This document shows positions 9,424-20,325 of a stretch of 64,000 nucleotides of DNA, one piece after another. How positions within the stretch are numbered: the first letter of the stretch is position 1; each line of letters begins with the position of its first letter. The notes beneath the pieces are model-generated. The model ran no database searches. It was not told the origin of the DNA and worked only from the letters and a program-made list of their open reading frames with translations. Origin of the DNA: Ostreococcus lucimarinus (Eukaryota); NCBI GenBank assembly GCA_000092065.1, contig CP000588.1; one strand, 5' to 3'. Position numbers and translations under genes: made by a program.

Positions 9424-10887
9424 ATGTCGCGATGCGCGTCGGCGCGCGCGCCCGCGCGCGACGCGCGACGACGCGACGCGCGCGCGTGGACGCGTCGCGC
9501 GCGGACCCTCGCGACGACGACGCGACGACGCGACGGCGCGCGCGCGACGCGACACCGCGCGACGACTCGAGCGCGCGCGACGACCGGGGATGATCCCGAC
9601 GCGCCCACGGCCGGGTTCGCGGCCGTCGCGGACGCGCTCGAGGACGTGGCGAAGGGGAAATTCGTCGTCGTGCTGGACGACGAGGACAGGGAGAACGAGG
9701 GGGACTTGATTGGGGCGGCGGATAAGATGACGGCGGAGTCGCTGGCGTTCATGATTCGACACACGAGCGGGTTGGTGTGCGTGAGTCTTGAGGATTCGAG
9801 GGCGGACGCGCTGGATCTGCCGCTGATGGTGGATTCGCAGAGTAATAAGGATGCGATGAAGACGGCGTTTACGGTGAGCGTGGATTTGGCGACGAGCACG
9901 ACGGGGATATCGGCGAGCGAAAGAGCGATGACGATCAACGCGCTGGGATCGGATGAGACGACGGCGGCGGCGTTCGTGAGACCGGGACACGTGTTTCCGT
10001 TGAGATATCGCGCGGGTGGGGTGCTGAAACGGGCGGGACACACCGAGGCGGCGGTGGACTTGGCGCGCATGGCGGGGTCGTCCCCCGTGGGCGTGTTGTG
10101 CGAAATCGTCAACGACGAGGATGGGTCCATGGCGCGGTTGCCTCAGCTCAAAGTTTTCGCGGAGAAGCATGGGTTGAAGATGGTTCTCATCTCTGATATG
10201 ATTCGGTATCGTCGCGCGCGAGAAAAGATGGTTGAGCGCACCGCCGTCGCGCGGTTGCCCACCGAGTACGGCAACTTTACGTGCGTGTCTTACAAGAACA
10301 CTCTCGATGGTCACGAGCACGTGGCTTTTCTGTACGGCGAGCACGAAGGCGACGTATCCGGTGCTGTGGGTGAAGACATGCTCGTGCGCGTGCACAGCGA
10401 GTGTTTGACTGGGGATATTTTCAAAAGCGCGAGATGCGACTGCGGCAACCAGCTCGACATGGCGATGCGACGCATCGCCGGCGAGGGCAAAGGGTGCATC
10501 GTGTACTTGCGCGGACAAGAAGGTCGTGGTATCGGTCTCGGTCACAAATTGCGCGCGTACAACTTACAGGATGAAGGACGCGACACGGTTCAGGCGAACG
10601 AGGATCTCGGCTTTCCCGCAGACACGCGCGAGTACGGCGTCGGCGCGCAAATTTTACAAGATCTCGGCGTCACGTCTCTTCGCTTGATGACCAATAATCC
10701 GGCCAAATACAACGGTTTGAGCGGTTACGGTTTGAAAGTCACCGGTCGCGTGCCGCTTTTCGCTCCAGTCACGATGGAAAACAAGAGATACATCGACACG
10801 AAGAGAATGAAGATGGGTCACTTGTTCGAGATGCTCGAAGGCGTCGAACCGTCGCAAGCGGAGTCCGAACAAAAGCCGTCGCGATGA
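9424..10887 (+). CDS. RIBA: bifunctional riboflavin biosynthesis protein RIBA (3,4-dihydroxy-2-butanone-4-phosphate synthase + GTP cyclohydrolase II) with an organellar presequence
   Basis: The DHBP synthase part reads FVVVLDDEDRENEGDLIGAADKMTAESLAFMIRHTSGLVCVSL...VRPGHVFPL. The GTP cyclohydrolase II part reads VRVHSECLTGDIFKSARCDCGNQLDMAMRRIAGEGKGCIVYLRGQEGRGIGLGHKLRAYNLQDEGRDTVQANEDLGFPADTREYGVGAQILQDLGV...MTNNP. An Arg/Ala-rich presequence precedes them. The start may be the upstream ATG at 9304. Confidence 0.8.
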   Translation: MSRCASARAPARDARRRDARAWTRRARTLATTTRRRDGARATRHRATTRARATTGDDPDAPTAGFAAVADALEDVAKGKFVVVLDDEDRENEGDLIGAADKMTAESLAFMIRHTSGLVCVSLEDSRADALDLPLMVDSQSNKDAMKTAFTVSVDLATSTTGISASERAMTINALGSDETTAAAFVRPGHVFPLRYRAGGVLKRAGHTEAAVDLARMAGSSPVGVLCEIVNDEDGSMARLPQLKVFAEKHGLKMVLISDMIRYRRAREKMVERTAVARLPTEYGNFTCVSYKNTLDGHEHVAFLYGEHEGDVSGAVGEDMLVRVHSECLTGDIFKSARCDCGNQLDMAMRRIAGEGKGCIVYLRGQEGRGIGLGHKLRAYNLQDEGRDTVQANEDLGFPADTREYGVGAQILQDLGVTSLRLMTNNPAKYNGLSGYGLKVTGRVPLFAPVTMENKRYIDTKRMKMGHLFEMLEGVEPSQAESEQKPSR

Positions 10888-11066
10888 GGAGGGGAGAGAG
10901 TTTAAAGCACAAAATTATTTTTTAATAACGCTTCCTTGCTTGCTTCCTTGCTCGCTTGCTGGCTTGCGTAACGTACTTTAGTAGATGATTTGTGAAGGAA
11001 GTTACTATATTACAAAAACGTTTCGAATGTCGGCGTCGCGAAAAATTGAGGCGATAGCGTGGTCGT

Positions 11067-12885
11067 TTATTTTGACAAATACCGCGACCCTTCGTGCCAA
11101 GACGACGCTACCATATTGTTGCTGATACTCAGCGATCTACGTATGCTGCTGGCTTCGTGTTCGTGTCGATCTACGGACACGCGCGAAGCCGAGTTAGGGT
11201 GTACCTGAGACTTGTCGCCTCCGCTACTTGCGGGCGAAATGGACGCGTTGAGCGAACGCAGCTCTTTGGACAGCGAAGAAAATCCTAACATTCCGCCACC
11301 CGCTTTCACCACCTTCGATATTTCATCGGATTTCGGCGTGGGCGAGCGCGGTGGGGTAGGAATTCCGTTGGGGTCCTTTTCCGAGCCGAGCTCGGACAGG
11401 CTCCCCGTGCGCCGAACAGCTTTCTTCGTCGGCGAAAGCGCTGGATGCATGCCTTCGAGATTCACCTCGGACGACGTTCTCGCGCTTTTATCGAAACTTA
11501 AGATCGTGTCGCAAAGTTCTTCGAGACATCTGAACTCGATCTCCAACACCGGCGAGTCGCTCGAGTTCGGTCTCTTGGACGGCGAGCACGGCTCGTGCAT
11601 GGGATCGCCCGGGCGTTTGCCTTCGTTCAGACTTCGCAATAAATCTTCTCGCGTGCATCGTCCTTTGGTCGGTCTCGTCGGATGAGCGACAATCATGCAA
11701 TTCGGTGGGCACAGCTGCCAGTTTGCCAGTCCCGTCATGCTCAGCGGTTCGCTCGAAACCAACAGCGACTGCGTCGCAAAAATCTTCTTTTGCAGAATGG
11801 TTTGGAAAGCCGGATTTCGGCGCTGACGCGGACCGCCCGTATTTCTGTGAATGTCCCTATCGACCAAACGATCGAACCCGGCTAAACCTTCGGCGTTATC
11901 TAAATCCCAAGCCTTCTCCCCCGGCATCGGACCGAGGTGAAAATACAAACTCGGCGGCTCCTCGTGCGACGAGTTGCGATAACGCGTGGCGATGATGGTT
12001 TCCCCATCCGTCAACGCGATATTTATCGAGTTCGCCTGCCCTTTGTTCGCCTTGATGATGATGCATATCGCCTTAAACACCGCTTTCTCCAACGTCTTCG
12101 GCTCACACTTTTCGTACACGCTTGGCAGCTCGTTCAAAATCAAAGAAAACACCAACTCGCTATCCGTCGTGCCGCTGATTTGATCAAACAAGTCGTCTCG
12201 CAGGTGCCCTAACAGTTTCCGCCGAATCGACTTAAACTCCGCCACATCGCCGTTGTGCATGAACATGTACCGTCCCCTGACGAAAGGATGACAATTATAC
12301 TGATGCACGCTCGCCCCCGGCCCCGCCGCGCGCACGTGTCCGAACAACAACGACGCGTTGAGCGACTTGCTCAGCGACCTCAAATTTCTATCGTGCGACG
12401 GCGCGCACACCGTCGTGTACACCGCCGGCCTGCAGTACGCGTCCAATCCGTTCTTATCCACCATCCCACACCGCGTCGCCGCGTACCATCCGATCCCTGT
12501 TCACCGTCGTCGCGCGTCGCGTTCGTCAGTCCTTCGTCCCTCGCCTTCGTCCGTCCTTCGCTCGCGCGCGCGTCCCGCCCCCGTCCCGCGTCCCGCGTCC
12601 CATCCTCGTCCGTCGTCCCGCCGTCATCGCGCGCTCGCCGAGCGCTCGAGCCGCGCGACGCGGAGTCTCTCCTCGCGTTCGCCCCGTCGTTTTCGCGCGC
12701 GCGCGCCTCGTCGTCGCGTCACGCACCGCATCCGTGCACGTTCACCTCGTGATTCCGCTCGGCGTCGCGCGCGCATCCCGGCGTCCATCCCGCGCTGTCC
12801 GCCATCGTCGCCAGCCCGTGGGAGGCGCCGTAGATGAGCTTGGAGATGCACACCTCCTCGCCGTAGTAGAAGATCCATCGGCACA
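11067..12885 (-). CDS. class-II (N-terminal nucleophile) glutamine amidotransferase domain protein, YafJ-like; two exons (about 12885..12726 and 12496..11067)
   Basis: Exon 1 reads MCRWIFYYGEEVCISKLIYGASHG...NHEVNVHGC, beginning with the catalytic Cys-2. The donor is G|GTGCGTGA and a GACTGAC branch motif lies 25 nt before the ACAG acceptor. Exon 2 reads GIGWYAATRCGMVDKNGLDAYCRPAVYTTVCAPSHDRNLRSLSKSLNASLLFGHVRAAGPGASVHQYNCHPFVRGRYMFMHNGDVAEF. The splice restores the conserved GxGWY motif in frame, which is a strong check. The long C-terminal half is Ser-rich. Confidence 0.65.
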
Positions 12886-12954
12886 TCGCGCGCGCGGCGG
12901 CGAGTGCGGGCGCGGCACCGTCGGCAGAGCGCGACGCGGCGCGGCGCGACGACG

Positions 12955-12966
<12 letters not shown>

Positions 12967-13023
<57 letters not shown>
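12967..13023. repeat. (GAC)n trinucleotide microsatellite, about 19 units, in the bidirectional promoter between the amidotransferase and SURF2 genes
   Basis: A perfect gacgacgac... run. Shorter (GAC)n/(GTC)n runs recur at about 40876-40912, in RAD51 intron 1. Confidence 0.8.
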
Positions 13024-13026
<3 letters not shown>

Positions 13027-13049
13027 GGACGCGCGACGCGACGCGCGCG

Positions 13050-13895
13050 ATGCGCGAGGCCGAGGACGACGCCGCCGTCGCGCGACTTCGGCGCGAGTTC
13101 CCGCGCGCGACGCTCGCGATGCGACGCGACGGCGACGACGACGACGCGCGGACGACGGTGACGTGCGAGGAGACGTCGCACGCGGTGTCGTGGACGGGCG
13201 AGACGCGCGAGGTCGGGGAGCGAGCGATGCGCGCTCACCTGGGCGGGAAAAAATTCGCGAAGGCGACGGCGAGGGCGGCGCGCGAGGCGGATTTGAAGCA
13301 GTACGAACCGCACATCGTGCCGAGCGCGTACAGGAGTGGATACGTGTTTTGTAGACTCACGGGAGCGCGCGTGCGGGCGAGCGAGGAGGCGGTGGTGAGA
13401 CACGCGAGCGGACGGCGGTTCGAACGAGCGCACGCGGCGGCGGCGGCGGGACGGACGACGCCGTTGGAGGAGAAGGATCCGGTCGTCGAGGAAGCGGCGC
13501 GCGAGGCGGATCGAGAGGCGCAACTCGCGCGGGCGAGTGTGAATAAGGCGGCGAAGGAGGCGCGCGCGGAGAAGATGCAGATGGAGAAGGAGGCGAAGAA
13601 ATCGGAGAAGGAGGCGGCTCGCAGACGCAAGCGCGAAGCCGGCGGCTTCGACGACGAGATGGGGTGCTGGGTGCCGCCGAGTCACGTTATCGACAGCGAA
13701 GACGACGACGAGAGCGAAGACGACGACGAGGACGACGAGGACGAGACGCACGGGCAGAATGATTTAGAGGATGACTTTTACGAAGACGCGAGCGATTCGA
13801 GCGACGAAGACGACGACGACTTAGCCGCCATCGTGGTCGCCCCTGGGTCGAGAAAGCGCGCTCGCGAGACGACTACAACAACGGCGAAAAAATAG
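13050..13895 (+). CDS. SURF2: Surfeit locus protein 2 (SURF2)-like protein
   Basis: The segments GGKKFAKA...QYEPHIVPSAYRSGYVFCRLTGARV...VVRHASGRRFERA are colinear with the conserved SURF2 core (GKKYQRL...EFEPHIVPS...LFCKLT...HTQGRRYQRA). The C-terminus is an acidic Asp/Glu/Ser tail. Confidence 0.55.
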   Translation: MREAEDDAAVARLRREFPRATLAMRRDGDDDDARTTVTCEETSHAVSWTGETREVGERAMRAHLGGKKFAKATARAAREADLKQYEPHIVPSAYRSGYVFCRLTGARVRASEEAVVRHASGRRFERAHAAAAAGRTTPLEEKDPVVEEAAREADREAQLARASVNKAAKEARAEKMQMEKEAKKSEKEAARRRKREAGGFDDEMGCWVPPSHVIDSEDDDESEDDDEDDEDETHGQNDLEDDFYEDASDSSDEDDDDLAAIVVAPGSRKRARETTTTTAKK

Positions 13896-14051
13896 TCGCG
13901 ATCGATTGTCATGCGCGCAGCGCGCGCCGGTGTGGAGGTAGAACTTCATGAATAGTATCGCGACGCCTCGTAGAAATTTCTTCAACCGCTTCGCATTCGC
14001 GCGTCTCCTCATTCCGCTGCGCGCCGACCGCGCCGACGGCGGACGCGCGCG

Positions 14052-17000
14052 ATGCGTCTAGACGAACTGCGCGTCCCGCCTCTCGGCCTCGTCCTCGCCT
14101 TGGGGCGTCCAGATTTGCACGAAGAGTGCGCGCGCGTTCTCAGAAATCTCAAGCCTCCGCTCGGATTAACGACGCGCGACGACATCGCGGACGCCCCCGA
14201 TGCGTTGAAAGCGCGCGCGCGCAAGCGATCCGTCAAGGTGTCGCTGCGCGAGCGCGTCGGGCCGGGCGGCGGGGCCTCCGGTGATGCGCTGCAGTCGTCT
14301 GGTAGGGACGATCGCGGCGCGGCGACGGCGACGGCGACGACGACGGCGAGCGGCGGATTCCGTCGAACACCCGCGCTTCCGGGAATGATAAAGCGGTCGT
14401 GGTTGAAGAAACATAAAGATGAACGCCCGGTTGTGGTGATGGCGCTGATCGATAACGAGGCGTTGGAAAATTCGTCGACGACGAGACGAGCGCTGGAGAG
14501 CTCGCTGGAGAAGCTGTACGGATACGCGCACAACGCAGGGGCGTCGTGCTGCGTCGTCGTAGTAGCGTGTGGGCCTGGATTGCCGGAAACGTTACCGGAG
14601 GATAAAGCGGCGGTGATTCGACGGGTGCTACGCGTGGAAAATCGCGCCATCGTGACGCTGAATACGGCGCACGGTCGCGACGCGGCGTGGAGCAAAGCGG
14701 CGAGGGTGGCACAAGAATTGGCGGTGAAGAATTATGAGAGCGAGTGCGAACGTCTGACATTGCTTGCAAGTGAGTCGACGTGTCCTCGGGGGTTGAAAGT
14801 GCGGTACGCGTTCAAAGCAGGAGTGTACGCGGAGTTTAGACAGGATTGGACCACGGCTGTTCGGCGATATCGCTTGGCGTATGATTCCATACCAGACGTG
14901 ACTCCAGACGTGACGCCGCAAGATGTGATTGAAACACTTGAAGTGAGCCAAGTGCTACACGTGAAACTGTGCGTTCTACTATTACACAGTGGTTCGTCGG
15001 TGGAGGCTGTGCATCAAATCGAGGAGCACATGCGCCGATGGTCGACGGCGCCTCTCAAGGCGTTACCGCGAGAAGCTTTGCCGACGTTTCACCGCTGGCG
15101 CTCTCACCAGTACGACGTGTTCGGTGATTTGCTTAATGGACGTTTACCCGCACCAGCTCCCGTTGGTACACCGCGCACGCATTTGCCGGCGTTTTACTTT
15201 CACGCCGCAGCGCACTGTTCCATTGAGCGTCGACAAGCTTTCGACGACGTAGTCGACTCGAACGAAGTGCCCGAGATGGAAGTGAAGGTTGAACATGCAT
15301 CATTCGTCGGGCAATTAAAAGTCGCCGGCACGGACGATGAGCCTTTGACTGCAGAGCAATACATGACGTACCTTCGTGTCAAGGACACGCGCGACGACAT
15401 CTCTCGCGAGACGATCGAACTTTTGACCAAAGCACATGATCATTACAAGACAAACTCGGCGGGTACCGCGGGTGGACGCACGTTCGCAACGCTCATTCGC
15501 GAACTCGCAAACGAGTATTTGCACGCGGGAGACTATGAAAGCGCACTCAAGCTGTTCAAAACCGTTGCCGTGGTGTATAGACGCGAAAAGTGGAACGAGT
15601 TGCTGTGCTCTGTGCTCATGAATCTCAAGACGTGCGCCAAAGCGCTTCGAGACAACGAAGAGTACTTGAACATTTGCCTCGAGATGGCTGCTTTGCACGA
15701 AGCCACCGACGAGCACGCGCCTTCTGCGTTTGCGGCTGCGCTCGCGGCTATGAACGAACCGCGCGGGGAAGATGAAGACGCGCCGACGATTACCTGCGAA
15801 GACAACCTCAGCCATACATTCATACTCAAGGCTGGCTTCTCGACGAGCGATTGCGTCCCGGGAGAGCCGGTCAAGTTCCACGTCGCCTTAAGATCAAACT
15901 TTGCGGGTGATCTGGACGTCACTCACATCGATGTTGATTTCACCGAACTGGACGCGTACGAATTGAGCGATGCAACTCCTCGAACGTTGCGCTCGAATGA
16001 ATGGTTGAAAATCGATTTCGAAGTCATCCCAAAGTGTGGGTACGTGTGCGAGGCGAATTCTTTGACGATCACGACGGTGTCAGGGTACGAACTAGTTCTT
16101 CCGTTCACAACGCAAACGAGCGATTGTTCAGTGATGAATGCAGATTACGAATCCCTGCCTGCGTCAGTGCTCAAGATGAAAATCAAGACGCACATCCTGG
16201 ACGTGAGCGACGCACCTCCGCGTGCGTCGATTTCAATGAGAACGCCTGATGGTCCGGCGCTCGTGGGTGAGATGTCGCGTGTAATCATCACCGTTTTAAG
16301 CGTTGCGGATGAAATCGAGGAAGGTGAACTCGCGTTGGTCGTCATAGAAGGCGACAAACCGTCTAAGAATGTTCAGATTCTTACGGACTCAGGCGACGTG
16401 ATTAAGGATGGTAAAATTATCGTCGGCGACATCGCACTTCGCGAGAAATGGACAGGGATGATTTGTTTGCGATGGACAGGTGAATGTCCGCCCGCCGCCC
16501 TACACGCGTCGCTCACGGCGAAACGAACAGGGGCGCGAATGACGGAGCTCTTCAAGGACAAGCCGCGCACGGCGCCCGTGGAGAATGTGGCGCAAATATC
16601 TTGCGATGCACCTTTCACTGTCAAGCGCGCGTATCTTCCGGCGTACCGACAATCGCCATTAGTCCTTCAGGAAGACAAGTGCTCCAAGTCGCCGCCGGTG
16701 GGTGTCATGCTCGCCACGCTTCACGTCGGCGGACCAGCTGAGATAACCCTCGACGGCGTACAGAGTCACGACACCAAGGATCCCACAAACACGATGGCGC
16801 TCGCAACGACGGAGACGAGGTCTGACGCCACGCTTTACGATGGCGATGCATTCTTGCACGTGATCCCGCTCCGTTCACACGAACACGGCGAAGACGCTAT
16901 TCGCGTCATGTGGCATCGCACTCACGGAGATTCCAGATGTGTGAAAGGCGTTCCGACGGTAATTTTAAACGAGTACTGCTTGCCAAACGTCACTGGTTCG

Positions 17001-17330
17001 CAACCGCCCCTTGTGGTGGAGCTCAGGTGTCCGCCAAAACTTTTCGTTGGCGATCCATTCACGTACGAAGTACGCGTCTCGAACGCCACGACGGCGAACT
17101 ATGACATTAAGATATCCGTTACGGATAGCACGGGGTTTGTGTTCGCAGGAATAAAGCGCGGTACAATGTACGTGCCTCCGTTGTCCACGGCGTCGTTTTA
17201 CTTTTTACTTGTTCCGATTGTCACCGGAAGCGCCATCCTTCCCGAGTTGTCGCTCGGCGCCGAGCGCTTCTCCGCGACATTCGTGCCGCCCATCGAATCG
17301 CGTCGAGTGATCGTGCGGCCGAAGTACTAG
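14052..17330 (+). CDS. TRAPPC11: trafficking protein particle complex subunit 11 (TRAPPC11/foie-gras/Gryzun family)
   Basis: A 1092 aa single ORF. The N-terminus LRVPPLGLVLALGRPDLHEE...VVVMALIDNE, the motifs YRLAYDSI and YDVFGDLL, and the C-terminal beta-rich region are all colinear with TRAPPC11. Confidence 0.7.
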   Translation: MRLDELRVPPLGLVLALGRPDLHEECARVLRNLKPPLGLTTRDDIADAPDALKARARKRSVKVSLRERVGPGGGASGDALQSSGRDDRGAATATATTTASGGFRRTPALPGMIKRSWLKKHKDERPVVVMALIDNEALENSSTTRRALESSLEKLYGYAHNAGASCCVVVVACGPGLPETLPEDKAAVIRRVLRVENRAIVTLNTAHGRDAAWSKAARVAQELAVKNYESECERLTLLASESTCPRGLKVRYAFKAGVYAEFRQDWTTAVRRYRLAYDSIPDVTPDVTPQDVIETLEVSQVLHVKLCVLLLHSGSSVEAVHQIEEHMRRWSTAPLKALPREALPTFHRWRSHQYDVFGDLLNGRLPAPAPVGTPRTHLPAFYFHAAAHCSIERRQAFDDVVDSNEVPEMEVKVEHASFVGQLKVAGTDDEPLTAEQYMTYLRVKDTRDDISRETIELLTKAHDHYKTNSAGTAGGRTFATLIRELANEYLHAGDYESALKLFKTVAVVYRREKWNELLCSVLMNLKTCAKALRDNEEYLNICLEMAALHEATDEHAPSAFAAALAAMNEPRGEDEDAPTITCEDNLSHTFILKAGFSTSDCVPGEPVKFHVALRSNFAGDLDVTHIDVDFTELDAYELSDATPRTLRSNEWLKIDFEVIPKCGYVCEANSLTITTVSGYELVLPFTTQTSDCSVMNADYESLPASVLKMKIKTHILDVSDAPPRASISMRTPDGPALVGEMSRVIITVLSVADEIEEGELALVVIEGDKPSKNVQILTDSGDVIKDGKIIVGDIALREKWTGMICLRWTGECPPAALHASLTAKRTGARMTELFKDKPRTAPVENVAQISCDAPFTVKRAYLPAYRQSPLVLQEDKCSKSPPVGVMLATLHVGGPAEITLDGVQSHDTKDPTNTMALATTETRSDATLYDGDAFLHVIPLRSHEHGEDAIRVMWHRTHGDSRCVKGVPTVILNEYCLPNVTGSQPPLVVELRCPPKLFVGDPFTYEVRVSNATTANYDIKISVTDSTGFVFAGIKRGTMYVPPLSTASFYFLLVPIVTGSAILPELSLGAERFSATFVPPIESRRVIVRPKY

Positions 17331-17385
17331 AATAGCAGTTTAGACATAGTGTAGCGATAGTATCACACGCGTCCGTAGAGGTGTT

Positions 17386-18600
17386 CTACGCGAATTCGAC
17401 GAAAGCCGTGACGCCAGTTTCAGTGGGACTCGCGATGACGACTTCGCCGTCGACGTTATTAGCTCTAGAAGCCGCCATCATGGCGTCGGCGACCATGGAC
17501 GCCTTAAACGTGCCTGCGGTATCGTTTTCGACCGATCCACCGTGCCCGCCGACGACGGCTAACACCGTCGGACCCGCGCCGCTCATGAAGCAACCCTGCG
17601 CGCCCGCCTTGAGCGCCGCGTCGATCAAGCCGTCCAAACCGAATGGCTTCCCGCGAATGGGCTGGTGAATCACGTCTTGCGTGGCGTATCGCAACAACTC
17701 GAGGTTGCCCGTCGCGAACGCGTTCACGAGTAAACCCGCGCGCGCGATGTTGTGCACCGCGTCCGCGATGGGAAGCGTCGGCGACAGTTGCGCGCGCGTC
17801 TCCGCCGTGAGCGATTGAAACTTGGGAATAAAAAGCACCGTTTGCACATCCTTCGGGCACGACACGCGTTGCGTGATCCATTGATTATCGTCGTTGATGC
17901 TGATTTGGAATCCGCCGTAGATGGCCGGCGCGACGTTGTCCGGATGCCCCTCGATGTCGCTCGCCAAATTTAACAAAATTTGCTTCGTGCGCGGTGCATC
18001 CACATCCATCCCCCCCAGCGCGAGCCCGCACGCGAGCCCGCTCACGAGCGCCGCGCTGCTACTCCCGAGCCCTCTCGCCGGCGGGATTCGATTCACGCTC
18101 GTGAATCGCAAATCCTTCGGCAATTTCATCCCCGGTCGCGCCGCCTCGAACCCCGCCCGCACCGCGTCGTAAATCGCGTTCGTCTCATCCCTCGGCAATT
18201 CCTCCCTTCCCTCGCCCTCGATCTCGATCGCGAACGTCCCTCGCTCGACGATCAATTCGTTTCGCACGTCCACCGCGAATCCAAAGCAATCGAATCCCGG
18301 TCCCATGTTCGCGCTCGTCGCCGGCACGCTCAGGATCAGTCGCTCGCCCGCCTCCAGCGCGCAGTCCGACCCCTCGATCACCCACGCGTCGACGTCCGTG
18401 GACCATCGGTGCGCGGCGATCGTGCTCTTCGTCGTCCCGCCCGCGCGCGCGACGTGCAGCGCGCCGCGCGCGCGCGCGACGGAGACGGAGACGGCGCGCG
18501 GCGGCGTCGAGGTTGAGGTTTTCGTCGCGGACGCGCGACGGCCGAGCGCGGCGCGAGGCGCGCGAGGCGCGGCGCGAGGACGCGCGGCGAGCGATGGCAT
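17386..18600 (-). CDS. HSK: homoserine kinase (GHMP kinase family) with an organellar presequence
   Basis: The start is the ATG at 18600 (MPSLAARPRAAPRA...). The GHMP motif PPARGLGSSSAALVSGL is present, and the N-terminal block SVPATSANMGPGFDCFGFAV is typical of ThrB. The 5' part of the track ORF is an Arg-rich read-through. Confidence 0.85.
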   Translation of the reverse strand: MPSLAARPRAAPRAPRAALGRRASATKTSTSTPPRAVSVSVARARGALHVARAGGTTKSTIAAHRWSTDVDAWVIEGSDCALEAGERLILSVPATSANMGPGFDCFGFAVDVRNELIVERGTFAIEIEGEGREELPRDETNAIYDAVRAGFEAARPGMKLPKDLRFTSVNRIPPARGLGSSSAALVSGLACGLALGGMDVDAPRTKQILLNLASDIEGHPDNVAPAIYGGFQISINDDNQWITQRVSCPKDVQTVLFIPKFQSLTAETRAQLSPTLPIADAVHNIARAGLLVNAFATGNLELLRYATQDVIHQPIRGKPFGLDGLIDAALKAGAQGCFMSGAGPTVLAVVGGHGGSVENDTAGTFKASMVADAMMAASRANNVDGEVVIASPTETGVTAFVEFA

Positions 18601-18746
18601 GGCGCGCGGCGCGCGGGCGCGGCGTCGCGGCGCGCCGAGGCGGCGGCGTGTGCGGCGCGACTCGGACGCGGCGACGGCGGCGAAGCGGCGAAGCGCCGCG
18701 GCGGCGAAGCGAACGCGCGGGGATGCGTGCTGATTCACAGACCGAG

Positions 18747-19913
18747 TCACGCGTCGCGAGCGCCGGTTTCGAGGGCGACGACGTGGCGCAGACGCGCGCG
18801 GAGCGCAGACGCCGCGCGCGGGTCGTCGAATGTGAACAAACGCCTCTGGACGGCGACGTCGGCGGACGCGTCGGCGGCGTCGGCGTACCAAGACGGGTCG
18901 ATGCCCGCGCGCGCGCGGTCGTCGTGATTGAAAGGACCGCGCAGCGCGTCCGGCGCGAGACGTTGAATGTACGCGCGGAACGTCGCGGCGGCGACGTCGT
19001 CCGCGCGCGCGTCGTCGTCGTCGTCGCCGAGCGCGGCGCACACGGTGCGAAACCACGTCGCGCCGACGGCGACGTGTGCAATTTCCTCCTCGCTGATCCT
19101 CGCGACGATCGCCGCGCTGCGCGCGTCGCCGTGCCCGACCAACCGCTCCACGAGGCGCGGACCGGCGTCCAACCCGCGCGCCTCCTGCATGCACGGCACC
19201 ACCGCGAGCCGCGCCAGCGGGTCGTCGCGCGTCGCCTCGCACCCCTCCCACAGCACGTCGTGCGCCGCCACGTCCCCGTACGCCACCCCGAGCTCCTCCA
19301 GCCGCTGCAGGCACCACAGCAAGTGCCTCGACTCGTCGTCCGCGACGTGCGCGAAGTCCACGAAGAACTGATCCGGCAGCGCGCCTCGCAAATCCGCGAA
19401 CCGTCCCACCGTGTCCCACGCCAAATCGATCGCGTTCAGCTCGATGTGCGTCACCGTGTGCATCGCGTGCGCCGCCGCCCCCAGCGGCGAATTTTTCGGC
19501 GACGGCACCTCTTTCGGCGGCACCAGTCTCGGTTTCGCCGGTCGCGCCGGTCGCGTCGGCATGTCGCTCGCGCGCGTCGTCGCGTCCGCGATGTCAATCT
19601 TCCCTCTCACTAATAACCCATACGCCACATGGCTCAGTCGCGCCTTCTCTCTCGGGCACGCCGTCGCGACGATCTCGCGCGCGCGGCTCGCGAGCGCGCG
19701 CGCGTCGCCCCCGTCGTCGCGCGCGCGCGCGTCCGCCGTCGTCGTCGGTTCGTCGCCGTCGCCCCACGCGCGTCGCGCGTCGAGCGCTTTTTCGCGCCAT
19801 CGCTCGAGCCCGTCCCATTGCGCGCGCGACCGCGCGCGTCGGCGCCGTCGCGCGCCGTCCGCGGCGCCGTGACGCGCGGTCGCGACGACGCCGCGCGACG
19901 CCGCGCGGCGCAT
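18747..19913 (-). CDS. DUF455 ferritin-like (di-iron-type) family protein
   Basis: The segment HIELNAIDLAWDTVGRF...FFVDFAHVADDESRHLLWCLQRLEELGVAYGDVAAHDVLWE carries the conserved ExxH di-iron-like motifs of DUF455. The start is assigned to the ATG at 19913 and is uncertain. Confidence 0.55.
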   Translation of the reverse strand: MRRAASRGVVATARHGAADGARRRRRARSRAQWDGLERWREKALDARRAWGDGDEPTTTADARARDDGGDARALASRAREIVATACPREKARLSHVAYGLLVRGKIDIADATTRASDMPTRPARPAKPRLVPPKEVPSPKNSPLGAAAHAMHTVTHIELNAIDLAWDTVGRFADLRGALPDQFFVDFAHVADDESRHLLWCLQRLEELGVAYGDVAAHDVLWEGCEATRDDPLARLAVVPCMQEARGLDAGPRLVERLVGHGDARSAAIVARISEEEIAHVAVGATWFRTVCAALGDDDDDARADDVAAATFRAYIQRLAPDALRGPFNHDDRARAGIDPSWYADAADASADVAVQRRLFTFDDPRAASALRARLRHVVALETGARDA

Positions 19914-20022
19914 GCCTGCCGCGCGCGCCGATCGCGCGCGTGCGCGGCGTCGTCGAGTGGCGAACGAACGCGTCGTCGACCGCACTCGACGGCGCGGATC
20001 GCGGCGCGCAGTGGGACGGACG

Positions 20023-20274
20023 ATGCGGGACGACGACGACGACGAGGCGCTTCGCGCGCTCGCGCGACGGCGCGCGATGGCGCGCGTGGCGATGCGCGCG
20101 AGCGACGGCGGCGCGATGGCGGCGCTCGTGCGAAGGCAACGCGCGCTCGAGGACGACGCGGATCGAGCGCGCGCGGCGTTTCCGACGGCGTTCGGGCGAG
20201 GCGGGGGGGCGGGCGCGACGGCGAGGGACGTCGTGGACGACGGCGCGCGCGCGACGGCGGCGCTGGGCGCGAGG

Positions 20275-20325
<51 letters not shown>

